Below, piece by piece: positions 47,159-55,775 of a stretch of 64,000 nucleotides of DNA (its first letter is position 1; each line of letters starts with the position of its first letter). The position numbers and the translations under genes were made by a program. The notes under the pieces were generated by a model, which did not search any database, was not told where the DNA came from, and worked only from the letters and a program-made list of their open reading frames with translations. The DNA comes from an uncultured delta proteobacterium (lineage in GTDB: Bacteria > Desulfobacterota > Desulfobacteria > Desulfobacterales > B30-G6): positions 1,856,001 to 1,920,000 of the forward strand of contig CAWGLD010000001.1 in the NCBI GenBank assembly GCA_963823335.1. The letters are read 5' to 3'.

Positions 47159-48769
47159 ATGATGAATTCAATTCGCGATAATCACAACGCAAACAAGGTT
47201 GTTGTGCCGCAGGATGCAAAAAAACTGCTCCTGTCGGTTATTCGGTCCGGTGACCGGGTCGTTCTGGAGGGAAACAATCAGAAACAGGCCTTGTTTCTTT
47301 CAAAACAGCTGGTGGATTTGTCCGCATCGGATATCAAGGATCTGCATATCCTGATGTCGTCGGTAACCCTGGACGAGCACCTGGATCTTTTCCGAAAGGG
47401 GATTGCTTCCAGACTCGACTTTGCCTTTTCAGGACAGCAGGCGGTGCCCCTGGCAAAGCTTGTTCAGGACGGAAGGGTTGTTATCGGGTCGATTCATACC
47501 TATTCCGAGCTGTTTAGCCGCTATTTTACGGATCTGACACCCAATGTCGCATTGGTTTGCGCGGAAACGGCAGATGCCCAAGGCAATTTATACACCGCTG
47601 GCAATTCAGAGGAGACACCGGTTTTGTGCGAAGCGACTCATTTTGGTAAGGGGATCGTCATTGCCCAGGTCACAAAAATAGTGGAAAAGGTGCCGCGTGT
47701 GGATATTCCCGGAGATCAGATCGACTTCGTGATCCCCACGGGTGAGCCCAACCAGATTCAGGCTCTCTTTACCAGGGATCCCGCCCATCTCACCACGACC
47801 CATGTGCTCATGGCACTGATGGTAATAAAAGGTATCTACGCCGAGTACGGGGTCCAGTGTCTGAATCATGGCATCGGCTATGCAACGGCAGCCATTGAAC
47901 TCCTTTTACCGACCTTTGCCATGGACCTCGGTCTTAAGAGAAAGATCTGCTCCCACTGGGCCCTCAACCCCCACCCCACGTTAATTCCCGCCATCGAGTC
48001 CGGTATGGTGAAATCCATCTATTCTTTTGGAAGCGAGCCGGGAATGGACGACTACATTGCAGCAAGAAAAGACATTTTTTTTACTTCCCCGGACGGTGTG
48101 CTCAAGTCGAGCCGCTGCCTGGCTCAGCTTGTCGGATATTACGATTGCGAGTGTTTTGTCGGCGCAACGCTCCAGATCGATCCCGACGGTAACAGCTCGA
48201 CAGCCATAAGCGGACGCATCAGCGGGTTCGGGGGAGCGCCCAACCTGGGGTCGAACGCAACCGGCCGCCGTCACGTTACGCCTGCCTGGTTAAAAGTGGG
48301 CCAGGAAATTTCTGCTGCCGGTGGTAGTGGAAAGATTAAACGTGGCCACAAGCTGATCGTGCAGCTCACGCCGACTGTCAGTGCCAAAAAGGACATTCCG
48401 GTCTTTGTAAAATACCTGGATGCCACCCTGATGGCCGATCAGGGCTTGTTCGAGCTTCCTCCGGTGATGATTTATGGAGATGACATCACCCATATCGTCA
48501 CGGAGAAAGGAATTGCCTACCTGTGCCGGTGCGGTAGTCTCGAAGAACGCCGCGCCGCTATTCGTGCCATAGCCGGCCGGACGCCTGTGGGAGAAGAAGA
48601 GGTTGCTTCAGAAACGGAGGCACTCCGGAAAAAAAGAGCCGTGGCCTACCCCGAGGACCTGAACATTCAAGCTGAAATGGTGTCGAGGGACATGCTTGCG
48701 GCAAAGAACATGCAGGACCTTGTGGATATCTCGGGAGAGCTTTACCGACCACCCCGGAAGTTTCTATGA
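47159..48769 (+). CDS. mdcA: malonate decarboxylase alpha subunit-like ACP/CoA transferase (orphan)
   Basis: GDRVVLEGNNQKQA, IHTYSEL, LNHGIG, LNPHPTLIPAIESG, GFGGAPN, PVMIYGDDITHIVTEKG. Confidence 0.88.
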   Translation: MMNSIRDNHNANKVVVPQDAKKLLLSVIRSGDRVVLEGNNQKQALFLSKQLVDLSASDIKDLHILMSSVTLDEHLDLFRKGIASRLDFAFSGQQAVPLAKLVQDGRVVIGSIHTYSELFSRYFTDLTPNVALVCAETADAQGNLYTAGNSEETPVLCEATHFGKGIVIAQVTKIVEKVPRVDIPGDQIDFVIPTGEPNQIQALFTRDPAHLTTTHVLMALMVIKGIYAEYGVQCLNHGIGYATAAIELLLPTFAMDLGLKRKICSHWALNPHPTLIPAIESGMVKSIYSFGSEPGMDDYIAARKDIFFTSPDGVLKSSRCLAQLVGYYDCECFVGATLQIDPDGNSSTAISGRISGFGGAPNLGSNATGRRHVTPAWLKVGQEISAAGGSGKIKRGHKLIVQLTPTVSAKKDIPVFVKYLDATLMADQGLFELPPVMIYGDDITHIVTEKGIAYLCRCGSLEERRAAIRAIAGRTPVGEEEVASETEALRKKRAVAYPEDLNIQAEMVSRDMLAAKNMQDLVDISGELYRPPRKFL

Positions 48770-49123
48770 GTAGCGAATAGCCATCCGTACAACGATGTAT
48801 GTATATTTATCTTGACATACCATCTCCGATTATATATTATCCGCCGTCCAAAATGAGTGATGCCGTTGTAACCTTGAGCTCTTTTTATTAATTTGCCAAT
48901 TATATTAAACTGTTATGTTTTTTCTGGCGTGGCGAATGACCGGTTCCGAAGTTGCCGGTTTCTTAAAAGGAACTTGGGGTTTGTTGGTTTTGGGATAAAT
49001 TGCCAGTATATATAATTAAAACAGAATGTTAAATTAAAACAGTCGCTATGCTATCAATTTGCAGAAAAAATCAACGCCGTTGGTTTGTGGACGGGCAGGA
49101 AACTGGTCGAGCAGGGAGGTTAT

Positions 49124-49471
49124 ATGAGAAAGGGGCATAAAACTGACACCATCATCGGTTATGTGGGCGAGACGGAAGATGACGATAGTATCAGACTGAC
49201 GATATTTGCGGAAGAAGAGGACTATCTGGTCGAGATGAACAAGCAGGGAAAGAAACTGCTGCAAGTGTTGGATTCCGAAGTCAAGGCTACCGGGGAAATT
49301 GAGCAGGACAGCGATGGCAGAAACGTGATTTGCATCACGAAATTCGAGATAATCGATGACGATTATACCGATGAAAATTTTGACGATGAAAATTACGATG
49401 ATGACGATGACGATTTCGATGACGGTGATGCCGATGATTACAACGACCATGGGGACGATTGGATCGAATGA
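49124..49471 (+). CDS. small protein with a beta-rich (OB-like) core and an extremely acidic C-terminal tail
   Basis: SD GGGAGG; 115 aa; 23 of the last 38 residues are Asp or Glu. Confidence 0.8.
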   Translation: MRKGHKTDTIIGYVGETEDDDSIRLTIFAEEEDYLVEMNKQGKKLLQVLDSEVKATGEIEQDSDGRNVICITKFEIIDDDYTDENFDDENYDDDDDDFDDGDADDYNDHGDDWIE

Positions 49472-49710
49472 CGGTTTCCCGCAAAAATCCTGTGATAACG
49501 GGTAGATACTCATGGATAAATATCTTGGCAAACCGTCTCGATTGCAGAAATTAAAAAAATGTTTTGTTGTATTGAAAAAAAACCTTGTATTGTACCTTTG
49601 TATGATTACTCTTGCGCATTACACCCTTGCTTGAAAGATCTTGCCGATTTGTTTTCGAAGCAAGGTATAACGTTGTTCAACAAGGAATTTATTCCGAAAG
49701 AGGTTGAAAA

Positions 49711-51024
49711 ATGATACAGCAAATTACGGTCAGACCAAAAGAACGTCATACCGTTCCAAGTCAAGTTCCTCTTGCGGATGTTGAAGAGGAACCTCCAAGC
49801 CAGTGCCTTCCTTCTTTCTCCGCTCCAACCACTTTCCAACAATTATATCAAGATATTGAAACAAATAAAATCTTGTCTTTCCCCCAGTTCAAAACCGGTT
49901 TTTCCCCTGGGCGAACGCAGTTCAGACGAAAGTTCTTTCCTGGAATATCGACCAAGCAGTGGAACGACTGGCACTGGCAGGTGAGCCATCGAATCCGCAC
50001 CGAAGCCCAACTCAAAGAAATGCTGATCCTGTCTGAGGACGAGGCGCTTGCCCTAACACAGAGGCAGGCTAAATTACCTTTGGGTATTACGCCTTACTAC
50101 ATGAGCCTGGTAGCCCGGGACAATCCCATGCAAGCATTGCGGCGAACCGTCATTCCGACCTGGCAGGAAAATCTGCAGATGCCGGGGGAGGCGGACGACC
50201 CCCTTGGTGAGGAATCCCAGAGCCCGGTTCCCGGTCTGATTCACCGTTATCCGGACCGTGTGCTGCTGCTGCTGTCCGATTTTTGTTCTACCTACTGCCG
50301 GTATTGTACCCGCTCGCGCATGGTGGGGCATGGGGGAGTGACCCCCAGCCGGTCCCGCTTGGAGCGTGCTTTCGACTATATTCGGTCTAAACCTTTGGTT
50401 CGGGACGTACTCCTGTCCGGGGGTGATCCCTTACTGCTCAGTGACGAGCGACTGGCCTGGATCCTTTCACGTCTGCGCCAGATTCCGCATGTGGAGATCG
50501 TGAGGATCGGGACTAAAGTTCCGGCGGTACTGCCCCAGCGGATCACACCTCAACTGGTGCGCATACTGCGACGCTATCATCCTTTGTGGATGAGCCTGCA
50601 TTTTACCCATCCCGATGAATGCACGGCAGAGTCTTACAGGGCGTGCACACAGCTTGCCGACGGCGGTATTCCTCTGGGCTCCCAAACGGTACTTCTCAAA
50701 GGGATCAATGATGACGTGCAGATCATGACCCAGCTGGTGCATCATTTGATGAAAATGCGCGTGCGTCCCTATTATCTCTATCAGTGCGACCCCATCACAG
50801 GCTCGTCTCATTTCCGGACACCGTTGGAAAAAGGGATTGAGATTATCCGTGGAATGCGTGGTTTTACGACCGGCTATGCGATTCCAACATTTGTGGTGGA
50901 TGCTCCCGGCGGTGGCGGCAAGATTCCGCTGATGCCTGATTACATGAGTGGCCGGGATGATGACGGGTTTATTTTGAAGAACTACGAAAACAGGCTGTAT
51001 CATTATCCGGACTGCTCTGCATAA
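49711..51024 (+). CDS. KamA-family radical SAM/PLP 2,3-aminomutase (lysine-type active-site residues)
   Basis: WNDWHWQ, DPLGE, HRYPDR, CSTYCRYCTR, LSGGDP, YLYQCD, FVVDAPGGGGK. Confidence 0.93.
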   Translation: MIQQITVRPKERHTVPSQVPLADVEEEPPSQCLPSFSAPTTFQQLYQDIETNKILSFPQFKTGFSPGRTQFRRKFFPGISTKQWNDWHWQVSHRIRTEAQLKEMLILSEDEALALTQRQAKLPLGITPYYMSLVARDNPMQALRRTVIPTWQENLQMPGEADDPLGEESQSPVPGLIHRYPDRVLLLLSDFCSTYCRYCTRSRMVGHGGVTPSRSRLERAFDYIRSKPLVRDVLLSGGDPLLLSDERLAWILSRLRQIPHVEIVRIGTKVPAVLPQRITPQLVRILRRYHPLWMSLHFTHPDECTAESYRACTQLADGGIPLGSQTVLLKGINDDVQIMTQLVHHLMKMRVRPYYLYQCDPITGSSHFRTPLEKGIEIIRGMRGFTTGYAIPTFVVDAPGGGGKIPLMPDYMSGRDDDGFILKNYENRLYHYPDCSA

Positions 51025-51102
51025 GGAAAGTGACGCTGATTTTCACCCGGCTGTCTGTAGGGTTGGATTGTTTTGGCATTTTGACTGAGGAGAAATTGTT
51101 CG

Positions 51103-52101
51103 ATGGGTATGACAATTGGATTGACCTACGATTTGCGGTCCGAGTATCTGGCCATGGGTTTCAGTGAGGATGAAACAGCCGAGTTCGATCGGGACGACAC
51201 CATTGAAGCGATCGAGTCGGCTCTCCAGACCCTGGGTCACCGGACAGAGAGGGTGGGAAACGCAAAGCAGCTGGCGGCGGCCCTGGTGGAGAAGCGGCGC
51301 TGGGACATGGTTTTCAACATTGCCGAAGGATTGCACGGTATAGGACGTGAGGCGCAGGTGCCGGCTTTGCTGGATCTTTACGAGATTCCCTATACCTTTT
51401 CAGACCCGCTTGTCATGTCTCTGTCCCTGCACAAGGGAATGACCAAACATGTTGTACGCGATGCCGGTGTGCCAACGTCCGATTTTATCGTGGTGGCGTC
51501 TGTTCAAGATGCCGGAGCCATTTCGTTTGATCCGCCTTATTTTGTAAAGCCCGTGGCCGAAGGCACCGGCAAAGGTGTGTCGCCAGAATCCATCGTCCAG
51601 GAGCGGGAGGATCTGCCGGAAGTGTGCAAACGGTTGATCACGGCTTACGGCCAGCCCGTTCTTGTGGAATCCTTTCTACCCGGACGGGAGTTTACCGTAG
51701 CCATCCTGGGTACCGGCCGCAAAGCGTCGTCCCTGGGAACCATGGAAGTTCATCTTTTATCCAAGGCAGAGCAGGGCATCTATTCCTATGTGAACAAGAA
51801 GCTTTGGGAAGATCGGGTTAAATATGAATTGGTGCTTCCTGATGCGGACTCTGTTGTGGCCGAAGCAGAAGATGTGGCCCTCGAGGCCTGGCGGGTCTTG
51901 GGATGCCGGGATGCCGGCCGCGTGGATATCCGATGTGACCAACAGGGTGCGGCCATGTTTATAGAAGTCAATCCTTTGGCCGGCATTCACCCCAACCACT
52001 CGGATCTTCCCATCATCTGCAACCTGCAGGGGATCCCCTATGTCAATCTAATCGAGCGTATTGTCGCCTCGGCGGCACACCGTATGCGGACGGTTTCCTG
52101 A
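51103..52101 (+). CDS. D-Ala-D-Ala-ligase-like ATP-grasp enzyme 1
   Basis: VFNIAEG..GREAQVP, PYTFSD, FVKPVAEGTGKG, GREFTV, RVDIR, IEVNPLAG. Confidence 0.88.
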   Translation: MGMTIGLTYDLRSEYLAMGFSEDETAEFDRDDTIEAIESALQTLGHRTERVGNAKQLAAALVEKRRWDMVFNIAEGLHGIGREAQVPALLDLYEIPYTFSDPLVMSLSLHKGMTKHVVRDAGVPTSDFIVVASVQDAGAISFDPPYFVKPVAEGTGKGVSPESIVQEREDLPEVCKRLITAYGQPVLVESFLPGREFTVAILGTGRKASSLGTMEVHLLSKAEQGIYSYVNKKLWEDRVKYELVLPDADSVVAEAEDVALEAWRVLGCRDAGRVDIRCDQQGAAMFIEVNPLAGIHPNHSDLPIICNLQGIPYVNLIERIVASAAHRMRTVS

Positions 52102-53111
52102 TGCAGGTTGCTGTGGTCCACAACGCCGTTGACGAATCTGACGGACCGGACGCAAAGGACGTGCTTACACAGGTGGAAACCGTTTGTGATGCCCTGGGGG
52201 TTCTGGGCCATGACACCGAAACCATTGCCTGTACTTTAGACCTTGACCGATTTCAACGGGTCCTCACGCTAATATCTCCGGATGTCGTCTTTAACCTGGT
52301 GGAATCCCTGGCTGGAACAGGACGTCTCATTCATCTGGCCCCATTTGCGATGGATGCCATGGGTCTGCCCTATACCGGATCGAGCGCCGAACAGATTTTC
52401 ATGACATCCAACAAGGTGATGGCCAAGCATCACATGCTCGTGCAAGGCCTACCCACCCCAGTCTGGCTGGGGCCGTATCCGGAGGGCTCCCTGGGAAAAT
52501 ACCCGGTGGAGGCCGACGGAATCTGCGAGGAGACCTGGATCATCAAATCCGTGTGGGAACATGCCTCCATCGGTCTCGATGAAACCAATATCGTGAAGGG
52601 AGAAGACAAAACCAAGCTATTGTCGCTTTTAAGGCTTCGGGCCGGGAGTTTAGGTGGTTCCTGTTTTGCCGAGCGATTCGTCGATGGACGTGAATTCAAT
52701 CTTTCGCTTCTTGGCGGCAGAGCCGAAAACCCCGTGGTGCTGCCGCCTGCTGAAATTGTTTTTGAGGATTACGGCCAGGAAAAACTCCGCATCGTGGACT
52801 ATCAGGCCAAGTGGGATGAGACGTCTTTCGCCTATCAACACACCCCCAGACGGTTTGACTTCGACCCTGACGATGACCACCTGTTAGAAACCCTCAAGGG
52901 CTTGGCAAAGAAATGCTGGATCGGTTTTGGATTGAGGGGATATGCCCGGGTTGACTTTCGTGTCGATCCAGCCGGGAATCCGTGGATATTAGAGATCAAT
53001 GCAAACCCATGCCTGTCGCCGGATGCAGGCTTTGCTGCAGCCCTGGCGCAAGGGGGGCTGGCATTTTCCGAGTCGATACGGTATATTTTAGAAGATGTCC
53101 CGATATATTAG
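52101..53111 (+). CDS. D-Ala-D-Ala-ligase-like ATP-grasp enzyme 2
   Basis: VFNLVES, PYTGS, IIKSVWEHASIG, GREFNL, YARVDFR, LEINANPCL; TGATG coupling to ligase 1. Confidence 0.88.
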   Translation: MQVAVVHNAVDESDGPDAKDVLTQVETVCDALGVLGHDTETIACTLDLDRFQRVLTLISPDVVFNLVESLAGTGRLIHLAPFAMDAMGLPYTGSSAEQIFMTSNKVMAKHHMLVQGLPTPVWLGPYPEGSLGKYPVEADGICEETWIIKSVWEHASIGLDETNIVKGEDKTKLLSLLRLRAGSLGGSCFAERFVDGREFNLSLLGGRAENPVVLPPAEIVFEDYGQEKLRIVDYQAKWDETSFAYQHTPRRFDFDPDDDHLLETLKGLAKKCWIGFGLRGYARVDFRVDPAGNPWILEINANPCLSPDAGFAAALAQGGLAFSESIRYILEDVPIY

Positions 53112-53348
53112 CCCCCATGATTGAAGAACCTGATCAACGCTGGCGCTATCATTTCAGCCTGAAGTCGCAGTTTCGCGGGTAGAGACTTATTGGGTCTCTT
53201 AACCAAAAGTTTATATATTTGGATCATCCCCTAAAGAGTTGAACCCTTTTTCCCAACTAATTGGGAGAGGGTTTATGCATTTTGTGATAAAAGATCTTTC
53301 TCCTTTCCGGTTTATCCGGGTTGGAAATTGCCAAGAGGTTTATAAACA

Positions 53349-55601
53349 ATGCTTCGAATTCGTCGTATCTATGATGATGCCCTGCCGATAAACAAGGAAA
53401 TTATCAGGAAGGTCCGTGAGATCCTGAAAAGCCGTTTTAAAGATGTTCCTGAAAATGAGATTGATAATCTGGGCGAAAATTTGCGCAATCCCTTTAAGAA
53501 GAGGTTTTGTACCAGTCTTTTCGTGGCGGAAACTCTGAAGGGAAAGGTACAAGGTTTTGCCACCCTTCTGCATGAACCGGAGATCGGGTTTGTCTTTCTG
53601 GACTGGATCGCCATGGCGAGCGGCAAGGGCGGCGGAGGGGTCGGAGGTGCTTTGTATGAACGGGTTCGTCAGGAAGCGGCGGCCCTACATGCAAGCGGAC
53701 TTTTTTTTGAATGCCTCCCTGATGAGCCTCAAGACTGCCCCCAGGACGACCTCCTGAAGCAAAACCGTTCCCGCCTGCGGTTCTATGAGCGTTATGGTGC
53801 ACGGCCCATTATCCGCACCGGTTACGAAACAGCGGTGAATCCAGACGACACATGCATGCCCTACCTGGTTTATGACGGTCTCGATCGGCAGCACCCCCTG
53901 AGGCGGGCTTTTGTCAGGAAAGTTGTGCGGGCCATTTTGGAACGGAAATATGCCGATCTTTGCCCACAGGCATATGTAAATCGGGTCGTCGCATCTTTCA
54001 AAGACGACCCAATCCAGATCCGGGATTTTCGTTATGTGAAACCGGAGGCGATCAAGACAACCGTGGAGAGCCATTCCCTGGAGCAGGTTGCCCTGGTGAT
54101 CAACGAGCAGCATGTCATTCATCATGTTCATGAGAGGGGTTATGTAGAATCTCCCGTGCGGGTTCGCAGTATCTTGAAAGAGCTGGCACTGGGGGGCTAT
54201 TGTGCGCAGATCAAACCGAGACATTTCGGGGACAAGTATATTTATGCCGTTCACGACACCGATTTTGTCAATTACCTTCGACGCGCCTGTGCCGAAATGG
54301 AAGAGGGTAAATCGCTATACCCCTATATTTTCCCCATACGGAACAAGACCCGGCCGCCAAAAGAACCTTCGGTGCTTTCCGGGTATTACTGCATCGACAC
54401 ATTTACACCCATCAACAAAAATGCCTATCCCGCAGCCAGGGGGGCGGTGGACTGCGCTCTGACGGCGACCAGGGAAATCCTGAGTGGCAGACGGATTGCT
54501 TACGCGTTGATACGACCGCCAGGGCATCATGCCGAGCGGCGGGCCTTTGGAGGTTTTTGTTATTTTAACAACAATGCCATTGCGGCCCAACACCTGAGCG
54601 CTTACGGCAAGGTCGCCATTTTGGATGTGGACTACCATCACGGGAATGGCCAACAGGAGATTTTCTACCGACGCTCCGATGTGCTGACCGCATCCATTCA
54701 CGGTCACCCGGCATTTGCCTATCCTTATTTCAGCGGCTTTGAAGATGAAAAGGGGGAAGGGGAGGGCGAAGGTTTCAACATGAACCTGCCCTTGTCTGAA
54801 AAGACCGGTGGTGTTCAATACCGAAAGGCCCTGGAAAAGGCCCTCAGACGAATCAGTGTGTTTGGTCCACAGTTCCTCGTTGTGGCCCTGGGTCTTGATA
54901 CGGCCAAGGGGGACCCCACAGGAACCTGGAGCCTTTCACCGAAGGACTTTGAGGAAAACGGTCGATTGATCGGCGGCATGGGTCTTCCCATCGTGGTCAT
55001 TCAGGAAGGGGGCTATCGCATTGCGACTTTAGGGAAAAATGCGCGGCGATTTTTTAAGGGCCTGGTAGAGGCCAGTGCCAGCTGGGATACCAGCAGCCCC
55101 GCGGCCAAGGCGGTACCACTCGGTGTCGAGTTTCGTAATGAGCTTAACACCGGTGACGCGAAACGGATCCATGATCTCGTTCAGGTCACCGGCTATTTTT
55201 CTGATGAAGAAGTGTCTGTGGCTGAGGAGCTGGTGACGGAACGCTTAGCCAAGGGACCGGAGAGTGGTTACAATTTCTTGCTGGCGGAACAGTACGGCCG
55301 ACTCATCGGCTACACCTGCTACGGCATGATTCCAGGTACCACAGGCAGTTATGATTTGTACTGGATCGCCGTGCATCCTGATTTTCACCGGCATGGGATC
55401 GGCCGACGTTTGATTGATAAAACCGAAAGCAGCATCAAGGAGACTGGCGGCACCCGAATTTATGTGGACACTTCTCAAAGGGTTCAGTATGCCAGCACCC
55501 GGGCCTTTTACGAAAGCTGCAGGTATCGGTTGGAATCTGTCCTGGCAGACTTTTATGCTCCCGGAGATGGAAAGGCTATATACTGCAAAGAGCTGGTCTA
55601 A
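53349..55601 (+). CDS. GNAT - histone-deacetylase/acetylpolyamine-amidohydrolase - GNAT fusion
   Basis: N-terminal GNAT (LDWIA..GGGVGGALY..RFYERYG); HDAC (RPPGHHA, GGFCYFNN, DVDYHHGNG, LGLD, QEGGY); C-terminal GNAT (LYWIAVHP..RHGIGRRL..RAFYESCRY). Confidence 0.9.
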   Translation: MLRIRRIYDDALPINKEIIRKVREILKSRFKDVPENEIDNLGENLRNPFKKRFCTSLFVAETLKGKVQGFATLLHEPEIGFVFLDWIAMASGKGGGGVGGALYERVRQEAAALHASGLFFECLPDEPQDCPQDDLLKQNRSRLRFYERYGARPIIRTGYETAVNPDDTCMPYLVYDGLDRQHPLRRAFVRKVVRAILERKYADLCPQAYVNRVVASFKDDPIQIRDFRYVKPEAIKTTVESHSLEQVALVINEQHVIHHVHERGYVESPVRVRSILKELALGGYCAQIKPRHFGDKYIYAVHDTDFVNYLRRACAEMEEGKSLYPYIFPIRNKTRPPKEPSVLSGYYCIDTFTPINKNAYPAARGAVDCALTATREILSGRRIAYALIRPPGHHAERRAFGGFCYFNNNAIAAQHLSAYGKVAILDVDYHHGNGQQEIFYRRSDVLTASIHGHPAFAYPYFSGFEDEKGEGEGEGFNMNLPLSEKTGGVQYRKALEKALRRISVFGPQFLVVALGLDTAKGDPTGTWSLSPKDFEENGRLIGGMGLPIVVIQEGGYRIATLGKNARRFFKGLVEASASWDTSSPAAKAVPLGVEFRNELNTGDAKRIHDLVQVTGYFSDEEVSVAEELVTERLAKGPESGYNFLLAEQYGRLIGYTCYGMIPGTTGSYDLYWIAVHPDFHRHGIGRRLIDKTESSIKETGGTRIYVDTSQRVQYASTRAFYESCRYRLESVLADFYAPGDGKAIYCKELV

Positions 55602-55775
55602 ACTTGATCCGGTCCTGTTGCCGATACCACATTATGAGACATAATCATCTTGACAACCCCTCAGCACCTTTCTATATCATATCCATATCATAACAAATCG
55701 ATCCAAAATGACGCCACCAGGGAAAATGCACAGAATCCTTGCCGGTCAGCCGGCGTGTGCCAAAGGGGGCAGTTT

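Noticed and set aside
49472-49710. c-di-GMP-I or lysine riboswitch upstream of the aminomutase (GGCAAAC seen near 49527)
   Set aside because: The downstream GNRA stem and GCAAAG elements are not evident; an Rfam scan would be needed to exclude it fully.
49711-51024. EpmB (EF-P beta-lysylation)
   Set aside because: No adjacent epmA or efp; the sequence has the KamA/AblA-type WNDWHWQ and PGGGGK features.
51103-53111. Housekeeping ddl or Van-type resistance ligases
   Set aside because: They lack the GGxSxE N-terminal motif and the mur/van gene context, so they are annotated only as Ddl-like.
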